Below, piece after piece: positions 27,917 to 36,654 of a DNA stretch of 64,000 nt (its first letter is position 1; every line of letters starts with the position of its first letter). Origin of the DNA: an uncultured Chlorobiaceae bacterium (lineage in GTDB: Bacteria > Bacteroidota > Chlorobiia > Chlorobiales > Chlorobiaceae); the NCBI GenBank assembly GCA_903940125.1, contig CAJAJL010000059.1, positions 58,935-122,934 on the forward strand, given 5' to 3'. The position numbers and the translations under genes were made by a program. The notes under the pieces are model-generated. The model was not told the DNA's origin, did not search any database, and saw only the letters and a program-made list of their open reading frames with translations.

Positions 27917-28612
27917 TCATCGTATCGTAAAGGTTTTGTCGGCAAGTGCGAGATAAGGCGGCCATTTACGGTTTGTATCCTGGTATCGGGCAGCAAGGGC
28001 CGTCAGGTCGTAGGCTGGTTCAGTCACCTCCCAGCTTGCCCCCGGTATGGTGCTGCAAAGCCGTTCGGCGTAGGCTTCCATTGTTTCGCCGTAGCTGCTT
28101 TTCTGGGGCAGGGTAATTATGATATGGTGCGTTTTAATCCCGATTTTCTGCAGCGCCAGAGCGTACTTTTCGGTCAGCAGCTCCTGGTCAATCTTTACCG
28201 GTGTTCGGGGTTTGGTAAAGTAGTAGCTGCCGTCCGGGGTTTTAATCTTCTCTTTGCCGGTCAGCTGCAGTGCTGTTTTCATGCTTGCGCGCAGCCAGTC
28301 AATGCCGCCTTTTATCCCTGTTTTGCGGCCCTTGTAGGTCTTCTCTTTCTCGTCAAGGTAGGCAACCTGGCCTTTCCAGTAATCAATCAGGCCTTTGCAG
28401 GCATCCAGTTTCCGCTCTATCTTTCCTTCAACTTGCGCCAGCTGGTCACCGTATTCAGCAAGTCCCCCGCTTTCTATCAGGGCCTCTTCAATATCCTGGT
28501 AGCGCTTTATCAGGTCGGCAAGTGTAGCAGGCTTGTTTTCAACCGCTTCCATTATCAGTTCCCGCAAAGGGTTTTCAAGCTGGGTTGTTTCGGTAGGTAT
28601 CAGGGTTTCCAT
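27917..28612 (-). CDS. Siphovirus Gp157-family protein
   Basis: EGKIERKLDAC...LDEKEKTYKGRK...IDWLRASMKTALQLTGKEKIKT coiled-coil pattern. Confidence 0.75.
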   Translation of the reverse strand: METLIPTETTQLENPLRELIMEAVENKPATLADLIKRYQDIEEALIESGGLAEYGDQLAQVEGKIERKLDACKGLIDYWKGQVAYLDEKEKTYKGRKTGIKGGIDWLRASMKTALQLTGKEKIKTPDGSYYFTKPRTPVKIDQELLTEKYALALQKIGIKTHHIIITLPQKSSYGETMEAYAERLCSTIPGASWEVTEPAYDLTALAARYQDTNRKWPPYLALADKTFTIR

Positions 28613-28614
28613 GG

Positions 28615-29649
28615 TTACAGTTCCTCCGCTTTTTTGTTGATGAAGAGCACAAACTTTTCAATCTGGGATGCAATCAGGTCGTTGAGTTCAGTAGCCTTTT
28701 TTGTCTGGACCATTGGCAGGTACTTTTTCAGCACTTGCACCTGTTTGGCAAAAGTGTGCAGCGCTGCTTTGTCAGCCTCCAGCCGCTTTGCTTCCGGGTT
28801 TGGTGCAGGTATGGCAGGCACTGCATTGCCGTTCATCTCGGGCATGGGAAGCAGGGGCAGTTTGCTGTAGTCCGGTGCAACTGGTTTGTACCATCTGTAA
28901 TTTTTCCCGTTGGTGGCAGGCTTTTCGCTTGGCGTTCCGTACTGGTTGCCATTGGGCAGCAGTGGTTCGGTGTTCATTGGCCTTGCCTCTTGTGGCGGTG
29001 CAAGTTTTGCCAGCATTTCTGCCTGCAGTTCGGCAATCTGTTTTTGCAGTGCCGCAATTGTTTCGTCAGCAGCGCGTTTTTCGTCCGCCAGCTTTTGTGC
29101 TGCCGCCTCTTTTTCGGCTTTCTCGTTTCTTGCCGCATCAAGGAGCGCGTCAATATAGGCAGGCAACATTTGGCGGATGGCCTCCTTGGTGTGCAGCTTG
29201 CCAAGCTGGGCAAACTCGTTGCATATTGCTTGCAGGCGGTCGTCTTCCGCTTTGGCCTTGCGTGCAGCTTCAAGGCGCTCGGTTTCCCGCAGCTTTTCAA
29301 TGCGCGTTTCCTCCGCCGTCAGTTCGGTTTCTACGGCTTTTATCCGGTCAACCACATATTTTTCAGCCTGCAGCCAGCGGTTCTGTTCGGCAAGGGCATC
29401 CTGGCGGCCCGCTTTGCATATCCGCTCGGCAGTGGTGCGCAGTTTCTTGCAGTACTTGCGTGCATCAGAAACAATTTTAATGCCTGTGGTGTCATCAATT
29501 CCGGCAATTTTCAGGCCCCGGTAATTCAGTTCAATGGATTTAAGCTCACTCTCAATCACGTTCTCTTTCCGCAGCGCTATAGCTTGCGGTGTTCCGGTTT
29601 CAAGCATGGTTGCAACTACCGGCATTTCAAGTGTTTCACACTCATTCAT
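28615..29649 (-). CDS. Phage coiled-coil hypothetical protein
   Basis: 344-aa ORF in a tightly packed operon with long E/K/A/R heptads. Confidence 0.7.
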   Translation of the reverse strand: MNECETLEMPVVATMLETGTPQAIALRKENVIESELKSIELNYRGLKIAGIDDTTGIKIVSDARKYCKKLRTTAERICKAGRQDALAEQNRWLQAEKYVVDRIKAVETELTAEETRIEKLRETERLEAARKAKAEDDRLQAICNEFAQLGKLHTKEAIRQMLPAYIDALLDAARNEKAEKEAAAQKLADEKRAADETIAALQKQIAELQAEMLAKLAPPQEARPMNTEPLLPNGNQYGTPSEKPATNGKNYRWYKPVAPDYSKLPLLPMPEMNGNAVPAIPAPNPEAKRLEADKAALHTFAKQVQVLKKYLPMVQTKKATELNDLIASQIEKFVLFINKKAEEL

Positions 29650-29706
29650 GGTCGTTGTGGTTTTTGGAGGTTGTCAGTTACTTGCTCTTCCCTTCTTTCT
29701 CATCCC

Positions 29707-30060
29707 TCAGCCTATTGCCCGGTAAGTCACGGTCTTCGTTGTCAGCATCTCTTCAAGTTCACGGATCCTCAGTTTCATCTGTTCGCACTCTTCGCAGGGT
29801 TTATCAGGGGTGTCGGCAGCCCGGATGTAACGTATTTCGGGGCAGGTGTTTGTTTGGTTCGGGTTGTTCAGGTCAGGTATCGTTCTTTTCCAGGTAAGGC
29901 GTGTCACCATGTCCAGCAGGTAGAGTTCTTCACACATCAGGTTTTCTTCAGCGTTGAGCAGCCCGCCGGCAAGTCTTTCAAGCAGTGCAAGGTATTTCGG
30001 TGGGGTTTGCCGGAGCTGGTTCTGTATCCAGGCAGCGTGTATTTTGTCGGAGATGGTCAT
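29707..30060 (-). CDS. Phage hypothetical protein with a CxxC motif
   Basis: 117-aa ORF, KPCEECEQ followed by a coiled coil; co-oriented with its neighbours. Confidence 0.6.
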   Translation of the reverse strand: MTISDKIHAAWIQNQLRQTPPKYLALLERLAGGLLNAEENLMCEELYLLDMVTRLTWKRTIPDLNNPNQTNTCPEIRYIRAADTPDKPCEECEQMKLRIRELEEMLTTKTVTYRAIG

Positions 30061-30270
30061 GGCGTTTATTTTTGTTGTTCTTTTTTATAAACCCTTCATC
30101 TCAATATACTCTTTTTTATTCTATTTTATATCTTTTTTCTCTTATTTATTCTTTTTATTTATTTATTTATCTTTCTTCTTTATTCTTAAAACATTTCACC
30201 CTGTTTTAAAGCGCCGGGCGCCGCGCTCTCTCAGCGCCCTGCACCCGTTACTTTCTTTCTCAGCGCTTGT
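30061..30270. other. Extremely T-rich non-coding tract followed by GC-rich CAGCGC repeats
   Basis: About 130 bp of almost only T/A/C (tttattt... runs), then agcgcc...cagcgc...cagcgc...cagcgc. Confidence 0.6.
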
Positions 30271-30845
30271 CAGCGCTTGATTAATACACCAAGGAGCGTT
30301 CTGGTGGCAATAATATCACTCAAGGCATCGTGCGCATTCAGTGCAATGTTGTAGGCCTTGCAGACCGTCTGCAGCTTGTAATCAGGCAAGGCGATGGTGC
30401 CCTGGAAGTCCATGGTGTGCAGGATCGGGAGCGGGTCGAGCTTCTTCCAGTTCTGGTAACTTCCGCTTCCGTACTGGCTGCCGTGGTGGCGGAACCAGGC
30501 TTCAAGAAACTGCAGGTCAAAACCAACATTGTAGCCGGCTGGGTAGGCTTTGTCTGTTTTGTCGAATTTTTCGATGTGCCGGTCAAGAAATTTCATGAAT
30601 TCACGGAAGGTGTCGGAGCTGCTTGTCCGGCTCTTCAGCTCTTCGGGGTCAGTGCCGCTAACCTTGAGTGCATCAAGGTTGATCATGGCCCCTTCATGCG
30701 GCTGGAATTTCATGTTGAAGGTGTCCACAACGTCGCCCCCGTATTCCATAAGTGCTGCGAGCTGGATAATGCCATGTCTGCCAGGTTCAAGGCCGGTTGT
30801 TTCCGTGTCGATATAGAGCACTTTTTTAAACAGCGGTTGTGTCAT
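30270..30845 (-). CDS. DEDDh 3'-5' exonuclease (DnaQ-like)
   Basis: IDTETTG, AGYNVGFDLQFL, AHDALSDI. Confidence 0.9.
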   Translation of the reverse strand: MTQPLFKKVLYIDTETTGLEPGRHGIIQLAALMEYGGDVVDTFNMKFQPHEGAMINLDALKVSGTDPEELKSRTSSSDTFREFMKFLDRHIEKFDKTDKAYPAGYNVGFDLQFLEAWFRHHGSQYGSGSYQNWKKLDPLPILHTMDFQGTIALPDYKLQTVCKAYNIALNAHDALSDIIATRTLLGVLIKR

Positions 30846-30949
30846 GTTGTTTCTCCTTTTTTATAGGTGTCCGATTTGTCCGATTTTGCTATGGTTTTCG
30901 AGCTGGTAACTTCTTTTATTGTATACCTTAAGTGTGTTTTGTGCTTTTG

Positions 30950-31729
30950 TCAGGTGGCATTTCTTTTTTTCAGGGTGTCCGATTTGTCCGATTTGTTGCA
31001 GTAGTGCCGGTCAAATATCGCCTTGGTCGCTTCTTCCCGCTTTTCCTTCGTCCTGAGCTGCCAGAGGCTTTTTTGCTCTTCGGCTCCGAGCCCGTTGAAA
31101 TATTCCAGCCGTCCGGCTTCGGGCAGCTCGTCCCATTGCAGCAGCATATAGGCTTCCTCTTTGTGCTGATCGAAAAAGAGCGGCCACATGCCGAAGCCGA
31201 TGGCGGCACGAAGCGAGCTGCTTGAAAGGCGGGTGCTGCCTGTGAGCGCTTTGCTTTCCTGCTCGTTGCGAAGCAGCTCATGGGCAGCGCTCTGTTTTGC
31301 TATCATCTTCTGGCGCAGCTCATCGAGCATCTGGCGAGCATCGGCTTTTTCCGGCAATGGCGAAAAGAGGGTGTGCTGGAACTTGCTCTGTTCGGCAAGC
31401 TGGTACCAGGCTTCAAGTTCAGCTTCCGTGATTTTCATGCGCGCGAGCATGCTGGTTATGCCAAGGTCGGCAATGGTTTCGGGTGCCCGTCCGTTTTCTT
31501 TCTCAAGCGCTCTTGCATAGGTTTTTCCTTTGATGATCTGGAGCGTTCGTATTGCGCGTTCGATTTCGACGGTTGCTGCCGGGGTGGTGAGCTTGCAGGC
31601 CAATGCTTTTGCCGCTTGGTAGTCACCGCCGAGGGTGCGCACCGCATTTTCAAGCGTGGGATTCAAGCCATCGGAGATTGTCAGCCCCGTGATGGTTTGC
31701 GTCATGGTGTGGTTGAGTTGCCGGGTCAT
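30950..31729 (-). CDS. Phage hypothetical protein
   Basis: 259-aa ORF directly downstream of the replication gene; start uncertain. Confidence 0.6.
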   Translation of the reverse strand: MTRQLNHTMTQTITGLTISDGLNPTLENAVRTLGGDYQAAKALACKLTTPAATVEIERAIRTLQIIKGKTYARALEKENGRAPETIADLGITSMLARMKITEAELEAWYQLAEQSKFQHTLFSPLPEKADARQMLDELRQKMIAKQSAAHELLRNEQESKALTGSTRLSSSSLRAAIGFGMWPLFFDQHKEEAYMLLQWDELPEAGRLEYFNGLGAEEQKSLWQLRTKEKREEATKAIFDRHYCNKSDKSDTLKKRNAT

Positions 31730-32510
31730 GGTTCGGTTGTTTTGACAGGTGTTTGAAATGCCAGTGGAAACTTTGCCAGTCTGAAATCCGTGCTACCCGC
31801 AGCGCTTCTTTCGCCAGGGTTTCATTGCCGTTGCTCAGTTCGTAGAGGTAGCCGAGTGCCTCTTCCGCAACCACCTGCGAGCGGTAGGGAGCCTTTTTGT
31901 TCCTGCACCAATCATCCCACTGGCCTGCACAAAAGGGTGCAGTAAAGCCGGGGTTTTTATAGAGCTGGCTGTTCGTAAAATCAGGTTTCGGGCTCTTGTT
32001 GCGTGGTTTGCTCCTTTTCGGGCAAGCAGTTCCAGATGCTGCGGCAGGTTCATCATGGGTAGGGTGTGTGTTGTTTTCTCTCTTTACTCTCTTTTCTTCT
32101 TCTTTATCTTCTTCCTTTCTTGTTTGTGGTCGGTCGCTGGTCGTTTGTTTGTCGTCGGTCTGGTCACCTGCATGGTCGTTTCTGTCGTTGCGGTCTTGAT
32201 AAGTGTCGTAGTTCAGGAGCGTTATCAGGGTGTAGCGGTTGGTCGTTTCTATGGCTATTTCTCTGGTCGTTTTCAGCCTCTCCAGGCAGGTGCGGCAAGT
32301 GCGTTCTGTTATGCCGGTCTGCAGTGACAAGGCGTGCCGTCCGGTGATAAGCTGGCCTCTCTGCAGTTCAACTCCTTTCCATCGTCCGGGCTGGCGGTTT
32401 GCCATCATGATGAGATGCACCAGCAGGTGGACCATCGGTGATTCTTTGTACCACTCCCAGGCCGTTAGTCTCCGAAAGAGTTTTATGTAGCCGCTTGGTG
32501 TATCTCTCAT
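31650..32510 (-). CDS. Phage replication initiator (lambda O / replisome-organiser type)
   Basis: GYIKLFRRLTAWEWY...LIMMAN...RGQLITG...LITLLNYDTYQ N-domain, D/T/Q-rich linker and basic patch, C-terminal W..WCRNK domain. Confidence 0.78.
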   Translation of the reverse strand: MRDTPSGYIKLFRRLTAWEWYKESPMVHLLVHLIMMANRQPGRWKGVELQRGQLITGRHALSLQTGITERTCRTCLERLKTTREIAIETTNRYTLITLLNYDTYQDRNDRNDHAGDQTDDKQTTSDRPQTRKEEDKEEEKRVKRENNTHPTHDEPAAASGTACPKRSKPRNKSPKPDFTNSQLYKNPGFTAPFCAGQWDDWCRNKKAPYRSQVVAEEALGYLYELSNGNETLAKEALRVARISDWQSFHWHFKHLSKQPNHDPATQPHHDANHHGADNLRWLESHA

Positions 32511-32923
32511 GGCAGGAGTTTCATTTCTACGCGAGGCGTCAGGCTATCGACTTCATAAGGTGCAAAAACCGGCAGCAGCTGGTCAGCAGAGTCATCCCGC
32601 AGCAGGCGGCTCTTTACCATGCAGTCAAACAGGTTCTGGCAGATGTTGGTATAGTCAAAGCGCTGTCGGGTTCGCCGGTAAATCTTGATCTGGAGTCTCA
32701 GCGGCAGCGGTCGACCTTCGGTCTCCTGGCGGAAAAGGGCGCAGAAGACAGGGTTGTCGGCAAAGAGCTGCAGCAGGTGGTGTTCATGGTCTCGGGCGCA
32801 GTGGCTCTTGATCACCTTTCTTATCGTCTTGCCGCTCGGATCCTTGTAGATGAGCGGCAAGCGGGAGTTTTTGGAGCTGTAGAGTTCTCCCTTGATGACA
32901 AAGGTGTGCGGTTGCTGGTTCAT
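32507..32923 (-). CDS. RusA-like Holliday junction resolvase
   Basis: SSKNSR at the N-terminus, then RFDYTNICQNLFDCMVKSRLLRDDS (D..N...D......DD). Confidence 0.7.
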   Translation of the reverse strand: MNQQPHTFVIKGELYSSKNSRLPLIYKDPSGKTIRKVIKSHCARDHEHHLLQLFADNPVFCALFRQETEGRPLPLRLQIKIYRRTRQRFDYTNICQNLFDCMVKSRLLRDDSADQLLPVFAPYEVDSLTPRVEMKLLP

Positions 32924-33324
32924 CGTCCAAGCAGGGTGATTTTTCCTTTATGCCGTTCATCACCGCTCAGGGTGTCGTCAAACATCTGCTCCTGGGCCTC
33001 CCCTATCTCCATTGGTCGAGTCTGCACCAGCTCCCCCGTATCGGTTCGAACAAAGTCAACCGTGCGCATAGCATAGTTTATCACCTTCCGGCACTCAGTT
33101 TGCCGGTATTCATAGCCTGCCTGCAGAGCTTCGGAGAGAGCTACGGCCTCAAGCCTGTGGGTGTCGATCTTGGTCTTGTAGGCAGCGGCTCTCTCTTTTT
33201 TCTCGTCGGTGAGCTGTTCGGCATTCTGGACGTGCTGGGCAAGCTCGCTCCCCCGCTCGATTTTTTCCTCTTCAGTGAGGAAGCATTTCACTTCCATGGT
33301 GACCAGTTCTTCCGGTTTGCTCAT
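32920..33324 (-). CDS. Phage hypothetical protein
   Basis: 134-aa ORF with 4-bp overlap to the next gene; coiled coil then R.DTGE.V..R motif. Confidence 0.65.
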   Translation of the reverse strand: MSKPEELVTMEVKCFLTEEEKIERGSELAQHVQNAEQLTDEKKERAAAYKTKIDTHRLEAVALSEALQAGYEYRQTECRKVINYAMRTVDFVRTDTGELVQTRPMEIGEAQEQMFDDTLSGDERHKGKITLLGR

Positions 33325-33354
33325 TGTTTCGGCGCTCCAGTGGTTTATTGGCGG

Positions 33355-34299
33355 TTAAAAAGGCATTTCGTCATATGCTTGCTGGTGTTGCGGCTGCGGC
33401 TGGTAGTGCTGCTCCGTTCTGGCGGCTTCCTGGAAAATGCTCGGGCGATTACCCTGCAGATAGGCGTTAAGGGAGTCAATCAGACCGCTGCATTGGTCTG
33501 CCGTCAGCCCTCGCTGTATCAAATCGGCAATCTTGTTGGCTTCAGCCTCGGTTACTTTTGGCCGTCCTGTCAGGTCACTGAGGTACTGCAGCGATTTTAC
33601 CGATGCGGGCCGGTCATTCGGCTGTCGGTCATTCGGTTGCTGGCCGTTCCGGCTGTAGCCGTTCTGCTGCGGCTGTTGTTGCGGTTGCTGTTGCGGCTGC
33701 GGCTGGGGTACTTGGGGCGCTACTGGCGGACGATACTCTTGCGGCTGGCGTGCCCTGTCGTTGTAGCCGTTCTGCTGGGTTGGCGCTGGGTTGGCGGTGC
33801 GTGGCTCGCTATAGTGCTGCTGCTGGGCTGGCGGCTGCTGGTAGCCGTGCGATTGCGGTTCGGGTGAAGATGCGTCGGGCTCTTCCAGGTCAACGGTCGG
33901 GATCATGAAAATCTGCAGAATGGCCGCTTTGTGCGCCATGCTCATAGCCTTGTTGCTGGCTTTGTCGCTGGAGTCCATGGCCTGGCCCATAGTTTCGGTT
34001 TCAATAGAGCTGCCGTCGATAGCCGTAAAGCGGTATTTCACCTGCAGCGTGAATTCAATCATGATGGTACCGTTCTTGTTTGTCCAGACCTCGCGGTTTT
34101 TGCTGAGAATTTCGGAGGTAGTGAAGACCTGGTGTTTCACAAAGAGCGGGTGCAGTGAATTGTAGACATTATCAATTCCGCGGAACCAGTAGTGTTGTTC
34201 CTGATTCTGTTTGTTTTTCCCTATGGCCGGTACTTCTGCCATGATTGCAGCGATACGTTCGAAGATAAGGGGGCGTTGCGTGTTGCTGTGGTTGTCCAT
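33355..34299 (-). CDS. ERF-family single-strand annealing protein
   Basis: IAAIMAEVPAIGKNKQN...YWFRGID...GQAMDSSDKASNKAMSMAHKAAILQIFMIPT.D, then a Q/P-rich linker. Confidence 0.85.
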   Translation of the reverse strand: MDNHSNTQRPLIFERIAAIMAEVPAIGKNKQNQEQHYWFRGIDNVYNSLHPLFVKHQVFTTSEILSKNREVWTNKNGTIMIEFTLQVKYRFTAIDGSSIETETMGQAMDSSDKASNKAMSMAHKAAILQIFMIPTVDLEEPDASSPEPQSHGYQQPPAQQQHYSEPRTANPAPTQQNGYNDRARQPQEYRPPVAPQVPQPQPQQQPQQQPQQNGYSRNGQQPNDRQPNDRPASVKSLQYLSDLTGRPKVTEAEANKIADLIQRGLTADQCSGLIDSLNAYLQGNRPSIFQEAARTEQHYQPQPQHQQAYDEMPF

Positions 34300-34318
34300 G
34301 GTCGTGGGGTTTACTGGT

Positions 34319-34651
34319 TTATGAAAGCTGCTTAGCTGTAATTGTCAGATGATGTGTTTTTGCCTTTGTGATTGCCTCCAGGATATCCTCACGCAGAAAG
34401 TAAAGACGCGCTCCTCTCTTGCGGTATGGCAGCATCCCTTTGTGAACCCTGTTATAGACAGCACCGACGGTAACTTTTCGGCCCTCTATCGAAGTGAGAA
34501 AATCTGCACAAATAATGACTCCCATAGGTGTAGCGGCCTCGGCCTCTTCCGGGCGTTCGAGAAATGCATCGAACTTGCGTGAAAGCTCGGCAACCAGTGC
34601 CGGTAATTGCTCAAATGTCGGTAACATTGTTTTTTCTTCATCTTTCTTCAT
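34319..34651 (-). CDS. Excisionase-like HTH (HTH_17/AlpA-type) protein
   Basis: TFEQLP...VGAVYNRVHKGMLPYRKRGARLYFLREDI. Confidence 0.75.
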   Translation of the reverse strand: MKKDEEKTMLPTFEQLPALVAELSRKFDAFLERPEEAEAATPMGVIICADFLTSIEGRKVTVGAVYNRVHKGMLPYRKRGARLYFLREDILEAITKAKTHHLTITAKQLS

Positions 34652-34744
34652 TTTTATTATATTTATTCTATTACACGACCGATGGCTTTATTGTATTTTA
34701 CTTAATATTTCTCTTTAATACAACAAAATAGAGAAAAATAAACG

Positions 34745-35092
34745 ATGATAGAGAAAAATAATACAATGGGTGGCAGGCTCGCAGAAGAGATAGCCAGCAA
34801 ATTTGGCTCTTATAAAAGTGCAGCTGAAGCGATGGGGATGCAGAACGGTACTTATTTTAGACCATATCTGAATAATAAAAGTCGCATAGGTATGTTGTTG
34901 CAGAAAAGACTTGCGGATATTGGTCTTGACGTCGGGTACATTATTGATGGAAAAAGAAAGACGGAAACCTTAGAACCCAATGATGCAAGTGTTGAAATCA
35001 GGAGGAAACTTGCAGATATACAGTTCCGTGTAAATCAGATGAATCAAGATATTAAAGACCTTTGTGGATTGCTTCCACCGCCCGGGAAGTGA
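34745..35092 (+). CDS. XRE-type repressor without a peptidase domain
   Basis: Divergent from the xis operon; SYKSAAEAMGMQ...YLNNKSR...LDVGYIIDGK. Confidence 0.7.
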   Translation: MIEKNNTMGGRLAEEIASKFGSYKSAAEAMGMQNGTYFRPYLNNKSRIGMLLQKRLADIGLDVGYIIDGKRKTETLEPNDASVEIRRKLADIQFRVNQMNQDIKDLCGLLPPPGK

Positions 35093-35149
35093 TTGCACGT
35101 TGACCGCCTGCGGGGTTGCACACTTTTTGTCGCAACCCCGCACCTGCTT

Positions 35150-35374
35150 TCAATTCATGCTGTTTTTTGCCATAATGGGCATGAGGAGGGACTGCTTCAT
35201 TTCATGTTCATAAATCGTGGCAAGCAGCGATTTATAATCTTCAATCAACGTATGCAGATCAAGAAGAAAGGGTTTGCACCTATCAAATTTGTCGGGGTTG
35301 TGGTCGATGTAGCACTGCATGATCTCATGCATGATAGCGAGGTGACTGCCTGGAGCTTGTGGAGGGTGTTGCAT
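35150..35374 (-). CDS. Small hypothetical protein
   Basis: 74-aa ORF between the repressor and the integrase. Confidence 0.4.
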   Translation of the reverse strand: MQHPPQAPGSHLAIMHEIMQCYIDHNPDKFDRCKPFLLDLHTLIEDYKSLLATIYEHEMKQSLLMPIMAKNSMN

Positions 35375-35495
35375 GCTCTTAATGATTTTTGTTATAAAAC
35401 AGCGGGAAATAAAGAGTAATACTATTATTCCACTTCAACAACTTATTTTATTCGATTTTATACGATTATGCTATTTATTGATCTTTACTCTTTTT

Positions 35496-36650
35496 TTATT
35501 CCCCCATATCTAAGATAATGGCATCAGCCGCTGATCGTCGGCTTGCATTGACAACGTGTGCATAGATCATCGTTGTGTCAATTTTGGCGTGCCCCAGCAT
35601 CTCGCTCAGGGTTTTGATGTTTGTATTTGCCAGAAGCTGCAGGGTGGCAAAGGTGTGGCGCATGGTATGGAAGGTTATATATTTCTGAATACCGGCAGCC
35701 TGTATCCACTCTTTAAAAAACTTTCTGTAGGAATTGCAATGGATCTCCATCAGTCTTGGGAAAATAATTCCGGTTTGCGTTTCTGCATCCTTGTAAGCGG
35801 GTGATTTCTCCGCTGGTTCATCCTTTGTGGCGGCAATCTTTATTGCCTGTGGAGAGATGGGCAGGTAGTTGACTGCCTTGGTTTTTCGCTGCCTGAAATG
35901 AACGCAGGGTCCGGTGGGTTCAAAAACTACATCTTCCCATGTCAAGTGTGCAATATCTGAAATACGCATACCGGTAAGGGCTGCAAATAGAGCAGCTCGC
36001 TTGATCATTGGATTGCCGCAAGGCGTTTCAGCGAGTATGTTTAATTCTTCCTGTGTCAGGTAGATAATTTTTGTCCGTTGCTGTGGTATTCCTCTTACCT
36101 GCTCGGTAAGCTTGACTTTCATCATATCATTGCGGTAGGCATGGTTCAGAGCTGTACGAATGTATGAAAAATCAGTGTTGGCAGTATTGTTAGCATTATG
36201 TTCAATCAGGTGTGTCCGGAAATTTTCAAGCAGTTGCTTGTCGATTTCTGAAAAATACAAAGGCTGGTCAGGTTTAAGCTTCAAAAATGCCTGTAATTTC
36301 TTCAGCGAGTTTTTCCACTTGCTTTTTGTCTTGCTTGTAATATTTCTTTCCTCGGTATGCTTTTTAAAAAATTCTATAAAGTCAGCAGGCTTGTTCGTTA
36401 TCAAAAAGTCATAGCGACCTGCATGAAGCTGTAACTGTGTTTTCGCAAGGATAGCGTTGACCAGTGTCATGGTCTCCTTATTCTCCAGTCTTGCCTCTTT
36501 CGTTTTTGGGTTGACATGCAGTGACATGCCAAGATTGACAAACCGGGTAAGCTTGCCGGTTTCAGGGTGTGGTGCCGGAGGGTAAATATCAAGGCGTAAT
36601 GAATAACGGGTTCCGTTATCGATCAGGCGTTTTCTGAGTGTCGCTTTCAT
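35496..36650 (-). CDS. Tyrosine recombinase/integrase (copy 1)
   Basis: TGMRISD (R), QRKTK (K), FHTMRH (HxxR), LGH, MIY; start at ATG 36650 (MKATLRKRL). Confidence 0.93.
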   Translation of the reverse strand: MKATLRKRLIDNGTRYSLRLDIYPPAPHPETGKLTRFVNLGMSLHVNPKTKEARLENKETMTLVNAILAKTQLQLHAGRYDFLITNKPADFIEFFKKHTEERNITSKTKSKWKNSLKKLQAFLKLKPDQPLYFSEIDKQLLENFRTHLIEHNANNTANTDFSYIRTALNHAYRNDMMKVKLTEQVRGIPQQRTKIIYLTQEELNILAETPCGNPMIKRAALFAALTGMRISDIAHLTWEDVVFEPTGPCVHFRQRKTKAVNYLPISPQAIKIAATKDEPAEKSPAYKDAETQTGIIFPRLMEIHCNSYRKFFKEWIQAAGIQKYITFHTMRHTFATLQLLANTNIKTLSEMLGHAKIDTTMIYAHVVNASRRSAADAIILDMGE

Positions 36651-36654
36651 AATT

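Noticed and set aside
29954-30280. ORFs across the T-rich tract (F/L/S/Y-rich)
   Set aside because: Low-complexity translation of a poly-T region that overlaps a real gene on the other strand.
27911-34165. Long + strand ORFs (27911-28870, 28735-30090, 32438-33076, 32950-33867 and others)
   Set aside because: Antisense shadows of recognisable minus-strand phage genes in GC-rich DNA.
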